DNA from: Gemmatimonadota bacterium
Lineage (GTDB): Bacteria > Gemmatimonadota > Gemmatimonadetes > Gemmatimonadales > Gemmatimonadaceae
Direction: 5' to 3'
Length of the DNA stretch: 64,000 nucleotides
Assembly (NCBI GenBank): GCA_031390205.1
Contig: JANMTG010000084.1
Span: 315 to 64,314 of the forward strand
The stretch's first letter is position 1. Every line of letters begins with the position of its first letter. Position numbers and translations under genes: made by a program. A model generated the notes under the pieces. That model was not told the origin of the DNA and ran no database searches. It saw nothing but the letters and a program-made list of their open reading frames with translations. Below, one piece after another: positions 31,648-40,222 of this stretch.

Positions 31648-34062
31648 ATGGCTCGAGCAAGAGGGCAGACACCGCCGGCCACCGGAACCGTCCACTCAAC
31701 CGCGGCGCTCGAGGCGCCGCGGTTCGCATTCGCCTGGGCGTCGCTCGTCTATCTCGTCTCGACTTTCTCGCTGGCGTGGCCGGCACTCGCCGGGAAATTT
31801 CTCGTCAACCCACACAGCGACCAGTACATCGCCGGCTACGCGTTCCGCGAGTTCGCTTCCGCGACACTGCGCGCCGGTGAGGGCTTCCCGCTCTGGAATC
31901 CGTACCTGTTCGGGGGAATGCCGTACATCGCCGCGATGCACGGCGATATTTTCTACCCGACTTTCCTGTTGCGGCTGGTGCTGCCCACGGACGTGGCGAT
32001 GACGTGGGGGTTCATCATCCATCTCTTCCTCGCCGGCATCTTCACCTTCGGCTTCCTTAGAGCGATCGGCTACAGTTTCCCGGGAGCGCTCGCGGGCGGA
32101 CTCGCGTACATGATGGGCGGGCAGATCGCGTCGTATGTGTCGCCGGGCCACGACGGAAAGCTATTCGTGAGCGCGCTGTTTCCGCTCGCGCTCTGGATGC
32201 TCTATCGCGGGATTCGTGGTGGACGCTCGTCGAGCTACGGCGCATTCGCTCTGATCGTTGGACTGGCGGCGCTCAGTCCTCATCCCCAGTTGCTGCAGTA
32301 CCTGCTTCTCGCCTGCGGAGCATACGCGCTGTTTCTGGCCTTCGCGCGGATTGACGATGCACGGCTCGCGCGGGATGTCGCGGTGAAGCGTCTTGCGGCG
32401 TCGCTCGCGGCGGTCGTGGTTGGACTGGCCATCGGCGCGGTACAGTACCTCCCGGTGCGCGAGTACGTATCGTGGTCGCCGAGGGCGGGGGGCCTCGCCG
32501 ACTACCGGCACGCTACATCCTACGCATGGCCACCCGGCGAGCTGTTGAACACCTATCTCCCGCAGTTCTCAGGCGTGCTCGACGCGTACTGGGGTCGCAA
32601 CGGAATTCACCTCCACAGCGATTATGTCGGCGCCGTAGTTCTGGTGCTGGCGGGCGCCGCGTTCCTGGGAATACGCGCCGACCCACGACGGAAGCACATC
32701 ATTTTCTGGACAACGGTGCTCATCATCTCGATTCTCTGGTCGTTGGGAAGCGCCACCCCGTTCTATCGCATTCCCTATGCGATCGTCCCCGGCACAAAAT
32801 ACTTCCGGGCTCCCGCGACGATTTTCTTCGTGGGCGCGCTTGCACTCGCGGTTCTCGCGTGCGCGGGAACTGAGCGCTTCCTTCAGTCGCGCGTTTCGCG
32901 CCGATATTTGCTGGGCTGGGCGGCCTTCGCCGGATTGATCGCGCTCCTGGCGACGACCGGGGGCCTATCGACCATCGCCGCGTCGTTCGCCGAGGAGCGG
33001 CAGCTCGACAGGCTGGAAGCGAACAAGGGGGCGATCATACTTGGTGCCTGGCGCTCATTGGCCTTTGTTGCGTTGGCCGTCGCACTCGGATTCGCGCTCT
33101 TGCGTCAAAGAATTCCCATTCGATACGCCACGTGGGGCCTGGTCGCGTTGATGACTGTCGACTTGTGGAGCATCGAGCGGCTGTACTGGATGTTCTCGCC
33201 GCCGGCCAGAGAGACATACGCCAGCGACGCGATTATCGAGACCATCAAGGCAGAACCACAGCCCGTTCGAGTGCTGCCTTTGCAGGTCAAAGCGATGCAG
33301 CGCGATGCTTTCCTGACTGGTGACGCGCTGATGTCTCACCGCGTGAGGAATGTGCTCGGGTATCATGGCAATCAGCTCGCCCGGTACAACGAGCTGGTCG
33401 GCCTGAACGAAGGTGGCGAGCGTCTGCTATCGCCGAATGTTTTGCAGTTGACGAACACCAGGTTCCTGCTGGCCGATATACCGGAACTTCCGTTCGTTCC
33501 GGGCGCGAAAATGGTGAAAGGACCCGTCCGAAACGCAGCGGGCGAGGAGACTTATCTCTTTCGGCTCGACGCGGACAACCCTTATTCCTGGGTTACTCCG
33601 GTCGCGGTAAAGGCGAGCGACGAACAGGTGTTGGCGACACTTCTGGATCCACGCTTCGACCCCAGACGCGCGGCTCTCTTCGACCACTCGGCCAATGTGT
33701 CCGTCGCTGGCGCGGTGCGAGCTCTCCCCGAGCCGCTCCCGATCAAGACCAGCGTCCGCCGTTACGAACCCGGCAAAGTGCAGATCGATCTCAGCGCGCC
33801 CGCACCTCCCGGCGCCAGCCTGATCGTGTCAGAGAACTACTATCCCGGCTGGCGAGCGAAGGTCGACGGAAAGCCCGCTCGGATTGGCCGGGCAGATCTC
33901 AGCCTGATTGGGGTCGAGCTTCCTGCCGGGGCGAGAATAGTCGAACTGGAATTCACGAGCCCGAGCTATCAAACGGGGAAGACTATCACCTGGCTAGCCA
34001 TCGCGATCGGCATCCTTGCGATGGCGGCGGGTGTTTGGCAAGATCGGAGACGCCTTGGCTGA
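31648..34062 (+). CDS. YfhO-like large polytopic membrane protein (putative GT-C-type extracytoplasmic glycosyltransferase)
   Basis: Start at MARARGQT..., 6 nt after the previous stop; the supplied ORF from 31240 is an upstream extension. N-terminal DQYIAGYAFREF...PLWNPYLFGGMPY pattern, many TM helices, and the C-terminal YYPGWRAKVDGKPA...VELEF motif typical of YfhO. Confidence 0.65.
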   Translation: MARARGQTPPATGTVHSTAALEAPRFAFAWASLVYLVSTFSLAWPALAGKFLVNPHSDQYIAGYAFREFASATLRAGEGFPLWNPYLFGGMPYIAAMHGDIFYPTFLLRLVLPTDVAMTWGFIIHLFLAGIFTFGFLRAIGYSFPGALAGGLAYMMGGQIASYVSPGHDGKLFVSALFPLALWMLYRGIRGGRSSSYGAFALIVGLAALSPHPQLLQYLLLACGAYALFLAFARIDDARLARDVAVKRLAASLAAVVVGLAIGAVQYLPVREYVSWSPRAGGLADYRHATSYAWPPGELLNTYLPQFSGVLDAYWGRNGIHLHSDYVGAVVLVLAGAAFLGIRADPRRKHIIFWTTVLIISILWSLGSATPFYRIPYAIVPGTKYFRAPATIFFVGALALAVLACAGTERFLQSRVSRRYLLGWAAFAGLIALLATTGGLSTIAASFAEERQLDRLEANKGAIILGAWRSLAFVALAVALGFALLRQRIPIRYATWGLVALMTVDLWSIERLYWMFSPPARETYASDAIIETIKAEPQPVRVLPLQVKAMQRDAFLTGDALMSHRVRNVLGYHGNQLARYNELVGLNEGGERLLSPNVLQLTNTRFLLADIPELPFVPGAKMVKGPVRNAAGEETYLFRLDADNPYSWVTPVAVKASDEQVLATLLDPRFDPRRAALFDHSANVSVAGAVRALPEPLPIKTSVRRYEPGKVQIDLSAPAPPGASLIVSENYYPGWRAKVDGKPARIGRADLSLIGVELPAGARIVELEFTSPSYQTGKTITWLAIAIGILAMAAGVWQDRRRLG

Positions 34063-34777
34063 CCGGACCCTGGTTATCGTTCCTACGTACAATGAGCGGT
34101 TCAACATCGCCCGGGTGATTCCCGCCATCCTGGCCAAGGACCCGTCACTTGAAGTGCTCGTTGTCGACGACGGCTCCCCCGACGGCACGGGGGGGATCGT
34201 TGACGGGATCGCTGCCGGCGACCCACGCGTCCACGTCATCCATCGCTCCGGAAAGCTGGGGCTCGGAACGGCCTATATCACCGGGTTTCGCTGGGCTCTC
34301 GAGCGGAAATACGATGTCATCTTCGAGATGGACGCCGACTTCTCCCACAACCCGGACCGGCTGCCCGAGTTCCTGTCCGCGATCAAGGAGGCGGATCTGG
34401 TACTTGGCTCACGTTACCAGGACGGCCACGTCAACGTGGTGAACTGGCCGATGAGCAGGCTTTTTTTGAGCTACGCCGCGAATATCTATGCCCGGGCAGT
34501 AACCGGCCTGCCAGTCTTCGACGCGACGGGTGGATTCAAGTGCTTCCGCAGGAATGTACTTGAATCCATCGATCTAAACTCCGTCAAATCAAACGGTTAC
34601 GCGTTCCAAATCGAGATGTCATACAGAGCCTGGAAAAAGGGATTTCGGCTAATGGAGATTCCGATTGTCTTCGTGGATCGCGCCGAAGGCGTGAGCAAGA
34701 TGTCGAAGCGCATCGTCCGTGAAGCCGTGTGGATGGTCTGGCGTCTGCGCTGGTGGAGCCTCATCGGGAGGATCTGA
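34016..34777 (+). CDS. polyprenol-phosphate mannosyl/glycosyltransferase (Dpm1/Ppm1-like GT2, soluble type)
   Basis: IVPTYNERFNI, VLVVDDGSPDGT, and DADFSH motifs. The start is ambiguous (TTG 34016, GTG 34031 or TTG 34055). Confidence 0.82.
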   Translation: MRWRRVFGKIGDALADRTLVIVPTYNERFNIARVIPAILAKDPSLEVLVVDDGSPDGTGGIVDGIAAGDPRVHVIHRSGKLGLGTAYITGFRWALERKYDVIFEMDADFSHNPDRLPEFLSAIKEADLVLGSRYQDGHVNVVNWPMSRLFLSYAANIYARAVTGLPVFDATGGFKCFRRNVLESIDLNSVKSNGYAFQIEMSYRAWKKGFRLMEIPIVFVDRAEGVSKMSKRIVREAVWMVWRLRWWSLIGRI

Positions 34778-35607
34778 TGACTGCCTGGGGGGAAGGTCAG
34801 CGATTTTTCAAAATGACGGGGTCGGGGAACGACTTCGTGGTTTTCGAGTCCACCCAAGGCGGAGCCTCGGACCTCGAGAACGCCGACGCCATTCAGGCTC
34901 TGGCCAGCAGGGGCACGGGGGTTGGGGCTGATGGGGTCGTTTTCCTCCAAAGGGCGGGGAAGGGAGACGTCCGGATGCGATACTATAACAGCGATGGCTC
35001 CGAAGCGGCCCTTTGCGGAAACGCCAGCCTCTGCAGCACCCGCCTTGCGGTCGAGCTGGGGTTGGCGCAAGCCGGCGGGTTCATCCTTCATACGGCGGCC
35101 GGAGCGCTCCGCGCCCGGCTGCGCGACGGTTTGCCGGAGGTCGACCTCGAAGCGGTTACCGAGGTGCGGCCCGACGCCAGCGAACTGGGCGCCGAGCCAG
35201 GGGAGCGGCGTCTCGGATTCGCCTGCGCCGGGGTACCTCATGTGGTGGTTGAAATGGCCGATGTCGAGTCTGCCCGTGTGACGGAGCGGGGGCCCGAGCT
35301 CCGGCATCATCCCAAGCTGAAGGACGGTGCGAATGTCAACTTCGTGGCGAGGCGGCCGGCGGGCGGTTGGACCTATCGCACCTACGAGCGCGGAGTGGAG
35401 GCGGAAACCCTGGCATGCGGGACTGGCGCCGTGGCCGCCGCGATCCTGCTGGCTAGCTGGGGTGAGTCAGGCAATGAGACGGTTCTCTGGACCCGGTCCG
35501 GGCTCCCGCTGACGATCACGCTCCGACGTGAGGGCTCAAGCTGGATGCCCTCGCTTCGCGGAGAGGGAAGGATCGTTTTCGAGGGCCGTTTGCGCGAGAT
35601 GGACTGA
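34777..35607 (+). CDS. dapF: diaminopimelate epimerase
   Basis: Start ATG overlaps the previous stop (TGATG). FFKMTGSGNDFVVF and the two catalytic Cys contexts CGNASLC and ACGTGAVAAA. Confidence 0.9.
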   Translation: MTAWGEGQRFFKMTGSGNDFVVFESTQGGASDLENADAIQALASRGTGVGADGVVFLQRAGKGDVRMRYYNSDGSEAALCGNASLCSTRLAVELGLAQAGGFILHTAAGALRARLRDGLPEVDLEAVTEVRPDASELGAEPGERRLGFACAGVPHVVVEMADVESARVTERGPELRHHPKLKDGANVNFVARRPAGGWTYRTYERGVEAETLACGTGAVAAAILLASWGESGNETVLWTRSGLPLTITLRREGSSWMPSLRGEGRIVFEGRLREMD

Positions 35608-35755
35608 CAGACTGTCGCTGAGGCGGTCGCGGACTGTCTGCTGCCGAGCTCCTGTAGTGCTTTGTGAAGTGCCCGCGGTAAGGCTAAGGGCCCGTATCGG
35701 TTGGACAGTGGAGGAGTGGCAGTAGCGAACTTCTCCACATCTTCTGTGCAGTTGT

Positions 35756-35783
35756 AGTTTACATAATACATCTTATACGCATA
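35756..35783. other. dif: candidate dif site (XerC/XerD chromosome dimer resolution site)
   Basis: The bottom strand reads TATGCGTATAA-GATGTA-TTATGTAAACT (11-6-11). The right arm is identical to the B. subtilis dif XerD arm and matches E. coli at 9/11. The left arm matches the E. coli XerC arm GGTGCGCATAA at 8/11. It lies in the AT-rich convergent spacer where gene polarity flips. Confidence 0.65.
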
Positions 35784-35821
35784 TATACGCCAACGCGTAG
35801 GAATCAGTACGCCGTTCGGGG

Positions 35822-36262
35822 TTACTCCTCCGAGTACACCCGCCCCCCTACCAGCGACGCCAGCTGCAGATTGACGAACCATATGCCCGTGTACGTCCAC
35901 CACAGTCCGGGCGACATCACTCCCATCTCCTTGTACCCGTAAGTCAGGATCAACCCGAACACGAAAAACAGAAGTCCCACGTAGGCCGCCGTTCTGGCGC
36001 CTGGGCCAAACCGCGGCCGAATCGCCGCGTACGTCCAGACCAGGAGAATTCCGATGATGAAGTCAAAGAAAACGTAAACCGCGATTTGACCTCCCCCCAT
36101 CGCCGCCATTTCGTCCCCCATACCCGCCTTGAAGGCGTTGGCATCCGCCCGCATGCGGTCCGCCAGAATCACGGCGTTCGAGAGAAAATCGATGATGTTA
36201 AGGACTAGCCCCGCAGCCAAGCCTCCGACCAGCAATTTCTGCGTGTTGATATTAGCGGCCAT
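35822..36262 (-). CDS. hypothetical small integral membrane protein (4 predicted helices)
   Basis: 146-aa ORF with a GGAGAG RBS upstream of the ATG, four clear hydrophobic segments, and high GC3. No family recognised. Confidence 0.6.
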   Translation of the reverse strand: MAANINTQKLLVGGLAAGLVLNIIDFLSNAVILADRMRADANAFKAGMGDEMAAMGGGQIAVYVFFDFIIGILLVWTYAAIRPRFGPGARTAAYVGLLFFVFGLILTYGYKEMGVMSPGLWWTYTGIWFVNLQLASLVGGRVYSEE

Positions 36263-36291
36263 ACTGCTCTCCGTTGAGAAGGTAAGAACGC

Positions 36292-36951
36292 CTAGATACT
36301 CATGCGCTTCGCGCTGATCTCGCCCAGCCTGACACGCGCTTCCGCGGCCATTGGGCCGCTCTCGGCCGCGGCAAGTTCAGTCCATATTGCCTTGGCTTCA
36401 GCCGTCTTGCCGGCTGCCATGTAGGCTCTTCCCGCCGCAGCCAGGTACTGGGCTTTCTCGGCCGGGAATTTGGTCGCTGCCGACGCCGCCTTGTACTCCA
36501 GGGCCGCCGGTCCGAACTCTTTTAGCTCCTCGTAGCCGTTTGCCATTAAGGCATGAATCGAGGGAATGAAATCCGCCGGCGCGCCGGTGAGGGCTTTCTT
36601 CAGCTCCGCGATCCCTTCCCTGGGCTTCTTCTGCTCGTACAGGTTTTGGGCGAGGAAGACAGCCGCCTGGGTCCCCGCCCTGGTCCCCTCGTATCGGGTA
36701 GCCACCTTCTTCAGATCGGATATGGCCAGCGGGAGGTTTCCCGCCGCCGCCGACTGCCGCGCCTGGAAATAAGCCGTTTCAGCGTGCTGCTGGCGCAGCG
36801 ACCGGGATCGCTGGAAAAACCACCAGCCCGCTATGGCGACCGCGAGGGCGAGAAGCGCCCAGGAAACCTGTCGCCTGTGTACGAGAAGCCAGTCGGTGAG
36901 AGAATCCCCGGAGCCGTACCGGTTTCCTGATTTGAATTGCGGAGTGGTCAT
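36292..36951 (-). CDS. membrane-anchored TPR-like protein (YfgM-like)
   Basis: N-terminal anchor WALLALAVAIAGWWFF followed by Ala-rich helical repeats (AYFQARQ..., AVFLAQNLYEQKK..., YLAAAGRAYMAAGK...). Confidence 0.6.
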   Translation of the reverse strand: MTTPQFKSGNRYGSGDSLTDWLLVHRRQVSWALLALAVAIAGWWFFQRSRSLRQQHAETAYFQARQSAAAGNLPLAISDLKKVATRYEGTRAGTQAAVFLAQNLYEQKKPREGIAELKKALTGAPADFIPSIHALMANGYEELKEFGPAALEYKAASAATKFPAEKAQYLAAAGRAYMAAGKTAEAKAIWTELAAAESGPMAAEARVRLGEISAKRMSI

Positions 36952-36988
36952 CGTCTATGGGAAATGGGTGCGGCAGAATAACGGCGAG

Positions 36989-37062
36989 CGCCCCCGGGGT
37001 GACTCGAACACCCGGCCAACGGTTTAGGAAACCGCTGCTCTATCCACCTGAGCTACGGGGGC
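36989..37062 (-). tRNA. tRNA-Arg (anticodon CCT)
   Basis: The reverse complement folds as a cloverleaf. Acceptor GCCCCCG/CGGGGGC, D arm GCTC/GAGC, anticodon stem GCGGT/ACCGT with loop TTCCTAA (CCT), T arm GGGTG-TTCGAGT-CACCC. 74 nt with no encoded CCA. Confidence 0.92.
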
Positions 37063-37135
37063 AGGAATCACTTCGAAGCACGACCTCGGATCGGCGTGCC
37101 GGGTCGCGGTCAATCTAAGCTTTTTCGTCTGCTTC

Positions 37136-37411
37136 TCAACGGGTGATCTCGAAAGGGGTTTTCAGCAACTCCGCTGGCACCGGGGGTAGCGGGCGCAGGG
37201 ATTCGACCGTGGCTCCGCTCGGGCCCTCTCTCAACGCCGTCTGAAACCGCAGCAGCGCCTCCGCTTCACCCGATGCTGCCACCTCGACGGCCCCGTCGTG
37301 TCGATTTCTTACCCACCCCGACAGGCGCAGCTCGCGAGCCCGCTCTCGAACGAACCACCGGAACCCGACTCCCTGCACTCGCCCACTGATCTCCAGGTGA
37401 ATGCTCTCCAT
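37136..37411 (-). CDS. acyP: acylphosphatase
   Basis: ISGRVQGVGFRWF signature; 91 aa; AGGAAAGA RBS. Confidence 0.9.
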   Translation of the reverse strand: MESIHLEISGRVQGVGFRWFVRERARELRLSGWVRNRHDGAVEVAASGEAEALLRFQTALREGPSGATVESLRPLPPVPAELLKTPFEITR

Positions 37412-37417
37412 TCTTTC

Positions 37418-38137
37418 CTAGCGACGCACCCCCAACAGCGCCGCGAGGGTCGCCGCGATCGTCGCCGGATCGGGTACCAGACCGGGCGGTGGAACCGCAA
37501 TCTCCCCTTCCCTGATCCGGTGCGCGAGCCGATCGAGCGCATCGGCTATGGACTGCGCCGGCGTTTCGCGCTGGCTTTCCCCCCGGACTGGCGCTCCCCC
37601 CCAATCCGTCGCGGCCCAGGAGTCCCGAGCATCAGGGTCGCCGCCTTCACCCAGCTCGGCGGCGGCGCCCCAGTTGTACTCCTGCCAGCCTGCTGCTACC
37701 CAACCCGATCGTCCGGCTTCGTCGGCCGGCGACTCGGGACCGGGCAGGCTTTCACCCGGCTCGGCCTCCAGACCGTACTCCGGAGCGAAGCCGCCCACAT
37801 CTGGCAGCGGATCGACGAAATGTTCGATGGGCGGAAGCTGGTCCGCCTCGTCCTGATAGTTCAGTTCATCAAAGAACTCCTCGATCCCCGGCAGCGTTGG
37901 GACGAACGCTTCCATCTCCGGTAGAGTTGGGACGGTTACGGGGATAACCGCCCGGCTTGGTTCGTCGCGCGCTATCGTCGTCGCGGGCTCCGCCGTCTTC
38001 GATTCATTATCCGGGGTGACACTCACGCCCGGCGGAACGAACGGCCGCGGCAAACGGAAACTCTGGGGCACGACCGACCTGGCTTGAGCCGCCGGCGTGC
38101 GATGCGGCACGAATGGACGCTGTGGCTTGTGTGGCAC
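37418..38137 (-). CDS. hypothetical Pro-rich/acidic protein with internal tandem repeat
   Basis: GTG start overlaps the pcm stop (TAGTG). Composition is Pro-rich then Asp/Glu/Trp-rich. Tandem VPTLPEMEAF / VPTLPGIEEF. No family recognised. The coding call rests on translational coupling and frame-specific GC3. Confidence 0.5.
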   Translation of the reverse strand: MPHKPQRPFVPHRTPAAQARSVVPQSFRLPRPFVPPGVSVTPDNESKTAEPATTIARDEPSRAVIPVTVPTLPEMEAFVPTLPGIEEFFDELNYQDEADQLPPIEHFVDPLPDVGGFAPEYGLEAEPGESLPGPESPADEAGRSGWVAAGWQEYNWGAAAELGEGGDPDARDSWAATDWGGAPVRGESQRETPAQSIADALDRLAHRIREGEIAVPPPGLVPDPATIAATLAALLGVRR

Positions 38138-38805
38138 TACGCTCCTCCTCCCTCCCAGCTGTACTTGCCAACCAGCGGCACGAAACGCACCGGAACGAGC
38201 TCGGTCTTCTCGAGTTCGTCGCCACGGCGGGTGAACATGAAAAGTGTCTGCTCTTCTCTATCGCCGAGCGGAATCAGAATTCTGCCGCCTTCGACGAGTT
38301 GTTCATGATAGGTGGAGGGAACTTCCGGCGCTCCGGCACCGACAAGTATGGCATCGTAAGGAGCATATTGGCGCCAGCCCAGGGTGCCGTCGCCCAGCAG
38401 GAAGGAGATGTTGCGGGCGCCGATCTGGCGGATTGTCTCCCGGGCGCTGTCGAGAAGCGCGGGAATGCGCTCGATGGAGAACACCTGGGCGGCGAGCTGC
38501 GACAGGAGCGCGGTCTGATATCCCGACCCGGTGCCGATCTCGAGAATTTTTTCCTTGCCGGTGAGCTTTAGCACCTCGAGGTAACGGGCGTGTATCGATG
38601 GCTGCGAGATCGTCTGGCCGTTGCCGATCGGAAGCGCGGAGTCCTCGTACGCCCGGTGCCGCACGCCAGTCGGCACGAATAAATGCCGCGGCGTGACGTC
38701 GATCGCATGAAGTACTGACAGATCTCGAATGCCCTGTTGTTGCAGCGTTTCGACAAGCCGGCGGCGCGGTCCGCGAAACTCGTGCTCTACGGGTGCTGCC
38801 ACCAT
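38137..38805 (-). CDS. pcm: protein-L-isoaspartate O-methyltransferase
   Basis: Start at MVAAPVEHEF...; the longer ORF to 38958 overlaps surE. SAM motif LEIGTGSGYQTALL. surE-pcm synteny. Confidence 0.9.
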   Translation of the reverse strand: MVAAPVEHEFRGPRRRLVETLQQQGIRDLSVLHAIDVTPRHLFVPTGVRHRAYEDSALPIGNGQTISQPSIHARYLEVLKLTGKEKILEIGTGSGYQTALLSQLAAQVFSIERIPALLDSARETIRQIGARNISFLLGDGTLGWRQYAPYDAILVGAGAPEVPSTYHEQLVEGGRILIPLGDREEQTLFMFTRRGDELEKTELVPVRFVPLVGKYSWEGGGA

Positions 38806-39548
38806 GTCTCCGCCGCGGCGAGCATTGCGTGGTGAGTGAGGTCGAGGTGAAGCGGAGTTACCGAGATGTAGCCTTCCTGAATAGCGCGGAAATCCGAAGT
38901 CTCCTCGCCCGACCAGGCTATCGAGCCGCCTCCGATCCAGTAGATCTGGCGGCCCCAAGGGTCTTGCATCGGCTTCAGTGAATCGGAGTACACCCGGCGC
39001 CCCAGTCTGGTGAGACGAACGCCCTTGATATCGTCGCCCTTGAGCGGGGGGAGATTGATGTTGAGCAGCGTGTGCTCCGGGAACGAAGGAAGTCCCAGCA
39101 CGTACCGCAGAAGATTGCGCAGAGGCTCGATCTGGTCCCGTAGCATGGTGACGTCGGCCCGCAGATCTCCGCCGGCGAAAGAGATGGCCAGCGACGGAAT
39201 GCCGAGCGAGAGACCCTCCATCGCCGCCGCGACGGTCCCTGAATACAAAACGTCCTCACCCATGTTCTGCCCGTGATTGATCCCACTGAGTACGAAGTCG
39301 GGCCGTTCCGCCATCAACGCCTCGACGGCGAGCATCACGCAATCGGTCGGCGTGCCGTCAACCTGGAATCTCCGCTCACCCCTCTCGATGGGTCGCACGG
39401 GATGATGCAGCGTGAGAGAATGGCTCGTAGCGCTTTGCTCCCGGTCGGGCGCTACGACCGTAATTTCCCCCAGCGGCTCGGCGGCTTCCACGAGGCACTG
39501 CAGACCGTAGGCGAGAATGCCGTCGTCGTTCGTGCACAACAGTCTCAA
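38787..39548 (-). CDS. surE: 5'/3'-nucleotidase SurE
   Basis: A TTG start gives the canonical MRLLCTNDDGI N-terminus and a TTGA overlap with the upstream GT2 stop. The longer ATG start at 39599 is possible. Confidence 0.9.
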   Translation of the reverse strand: MRLLCTNDDGILAYGLQCLVEAAEPLGEITVVAPDREQSATSHSLTLHHPVRPIERGERRFQVDGTPTDCVMLAVEALMAERPDFVLSGINHGQNMGEDVLYSGTVAAAMEGLSLGIPSLAISFAGGDLRADVTMLRDQIEPLRNLLRYVLGLPSFPEHTLLNINLPPLKGDDIKGVRLTRLGRRVYSDSLKPMQDPWGRQIYWIGGGSIAWSGEETSDFRAIQEGYISVTPLHLDLTHHAMLAAAETWWQHP

Positions 39549-40222
39549 CGCTGAAAGATCCCGGCGCGGTGACGCCACAGAACCTTGATCACGAGCCACG
39601 CATCTCTGAACTCCCGGAAATAGCTGGGAGATCCGTAGATCGTCGAGATGGGAACGTTCGCGGTCGTGAACCCCATTCGCGCCGCGCGGATTATGAAGTC
39701 CGTTTCGTACTCGTAGCGGTCACCCTCTCCCCTCACCTTGCGCAGCACTTCGGCCTTGAACGCGCGATAGCCCGACTGGCTGTCGCGCACTTTGCCGCCC
39801 GACACGGCTCGCGTGGCGGCCGAAGAGATCATGTTGGCGATGCGGCGGTGGTTCGGGACCGATTCGCCGGACAGATCGCGGGTGCCGATGACGATGTCGG
39901 CGCGGTCGAGGGCCGCGACCAGAGCGGGCGCGAACGCGGCGTCGTGCTGACCATCCGAATCGATGGTGAGCACGGCAGCGGCGCCCTTCGCGAGAGCCGC
40001 TTCGAACCCCGCCCGAAGCGCGGCGCCCTTGCCGCGATTCTTGTCGAATTCAATGGTTTCGTCGCATACGGTCTTGAGGAGCTGCCGCGAGCCGTCCGTT
40101 GAGCCATCGTCGATGCCGATGATCAATGCTCGCGGAAGGTTGCGTCTTACATCCTTCACGACCTTCGCCAGCGACGGCTCTGCGTTGTAAGCCGGCACCA
40201 GTACCACGAGTGGCTCGATCAA
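39545..40222 (-). CDS. family-2 glycosyltransferase (small, soluble type)
   Basis: VLVPAYNAEPSL, IGIDDGSTDGS, and TIDSDGQHD motifs; 225 aa. Confidence 0.8.
   Translation of the reverse strand: MIEPLVVLVPAYNAEPSLAKVVKDVRRNLPRALIIGIDDGSTDGSRQLLKTVCDETIEFDKNRGKGAALRAGFEAALAKGAAAVLTIDSDGQHDAAFAPALVAALDRADIVIGTRDLSGESVPNHRRIANMISSAATRAVSGGKVRDSQSGYRAFKAEVLRKVRGEGDRYEYETDFIIRAARMGFTTANVPISTIYGSPSYFREFRDAWLVIKVLWRHRAGIFQR

Noticed and set aside
35608-35640. Imperfect hairpin (CAGAC.GTC..GC / GC.GAC.GTCTG) right after the dapF stop as an intrinsic terminator.
   Set aside because: The stem has a mismatch and a bulge and no U-tract follows. It may contribute to termination, but the evidence is too weak to annotate as a feature.
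35822-36262. Small membrane-protein gene abutting dif as a Xer-exploiting integrated element (IMEX).
   Set aside because: I could not find a second, degenerate dif-like copy on its far side (36263-36291 or 36952-37135). The GC content and codon bias match the host. A single 146-aa gene is too little to call an element.
36989-37062. tRNA-Arg as a genomic-island integration hotspot.
   Set aside because: No integrase, no partial tRNA duplication, and no compositional break on either side. The neighbours are acyP and a TPR-like housekeeping-type gene.
37171-37190. TGGCAC-containing sequence resembling a sigma-54 -24 element. Others occur near 29121 and 29671.
   Set aside because: The GG-to-GC spacing is off by one or more nt, there is no TTGC(A/T) -12 element, and all of them lie inside coding regions.
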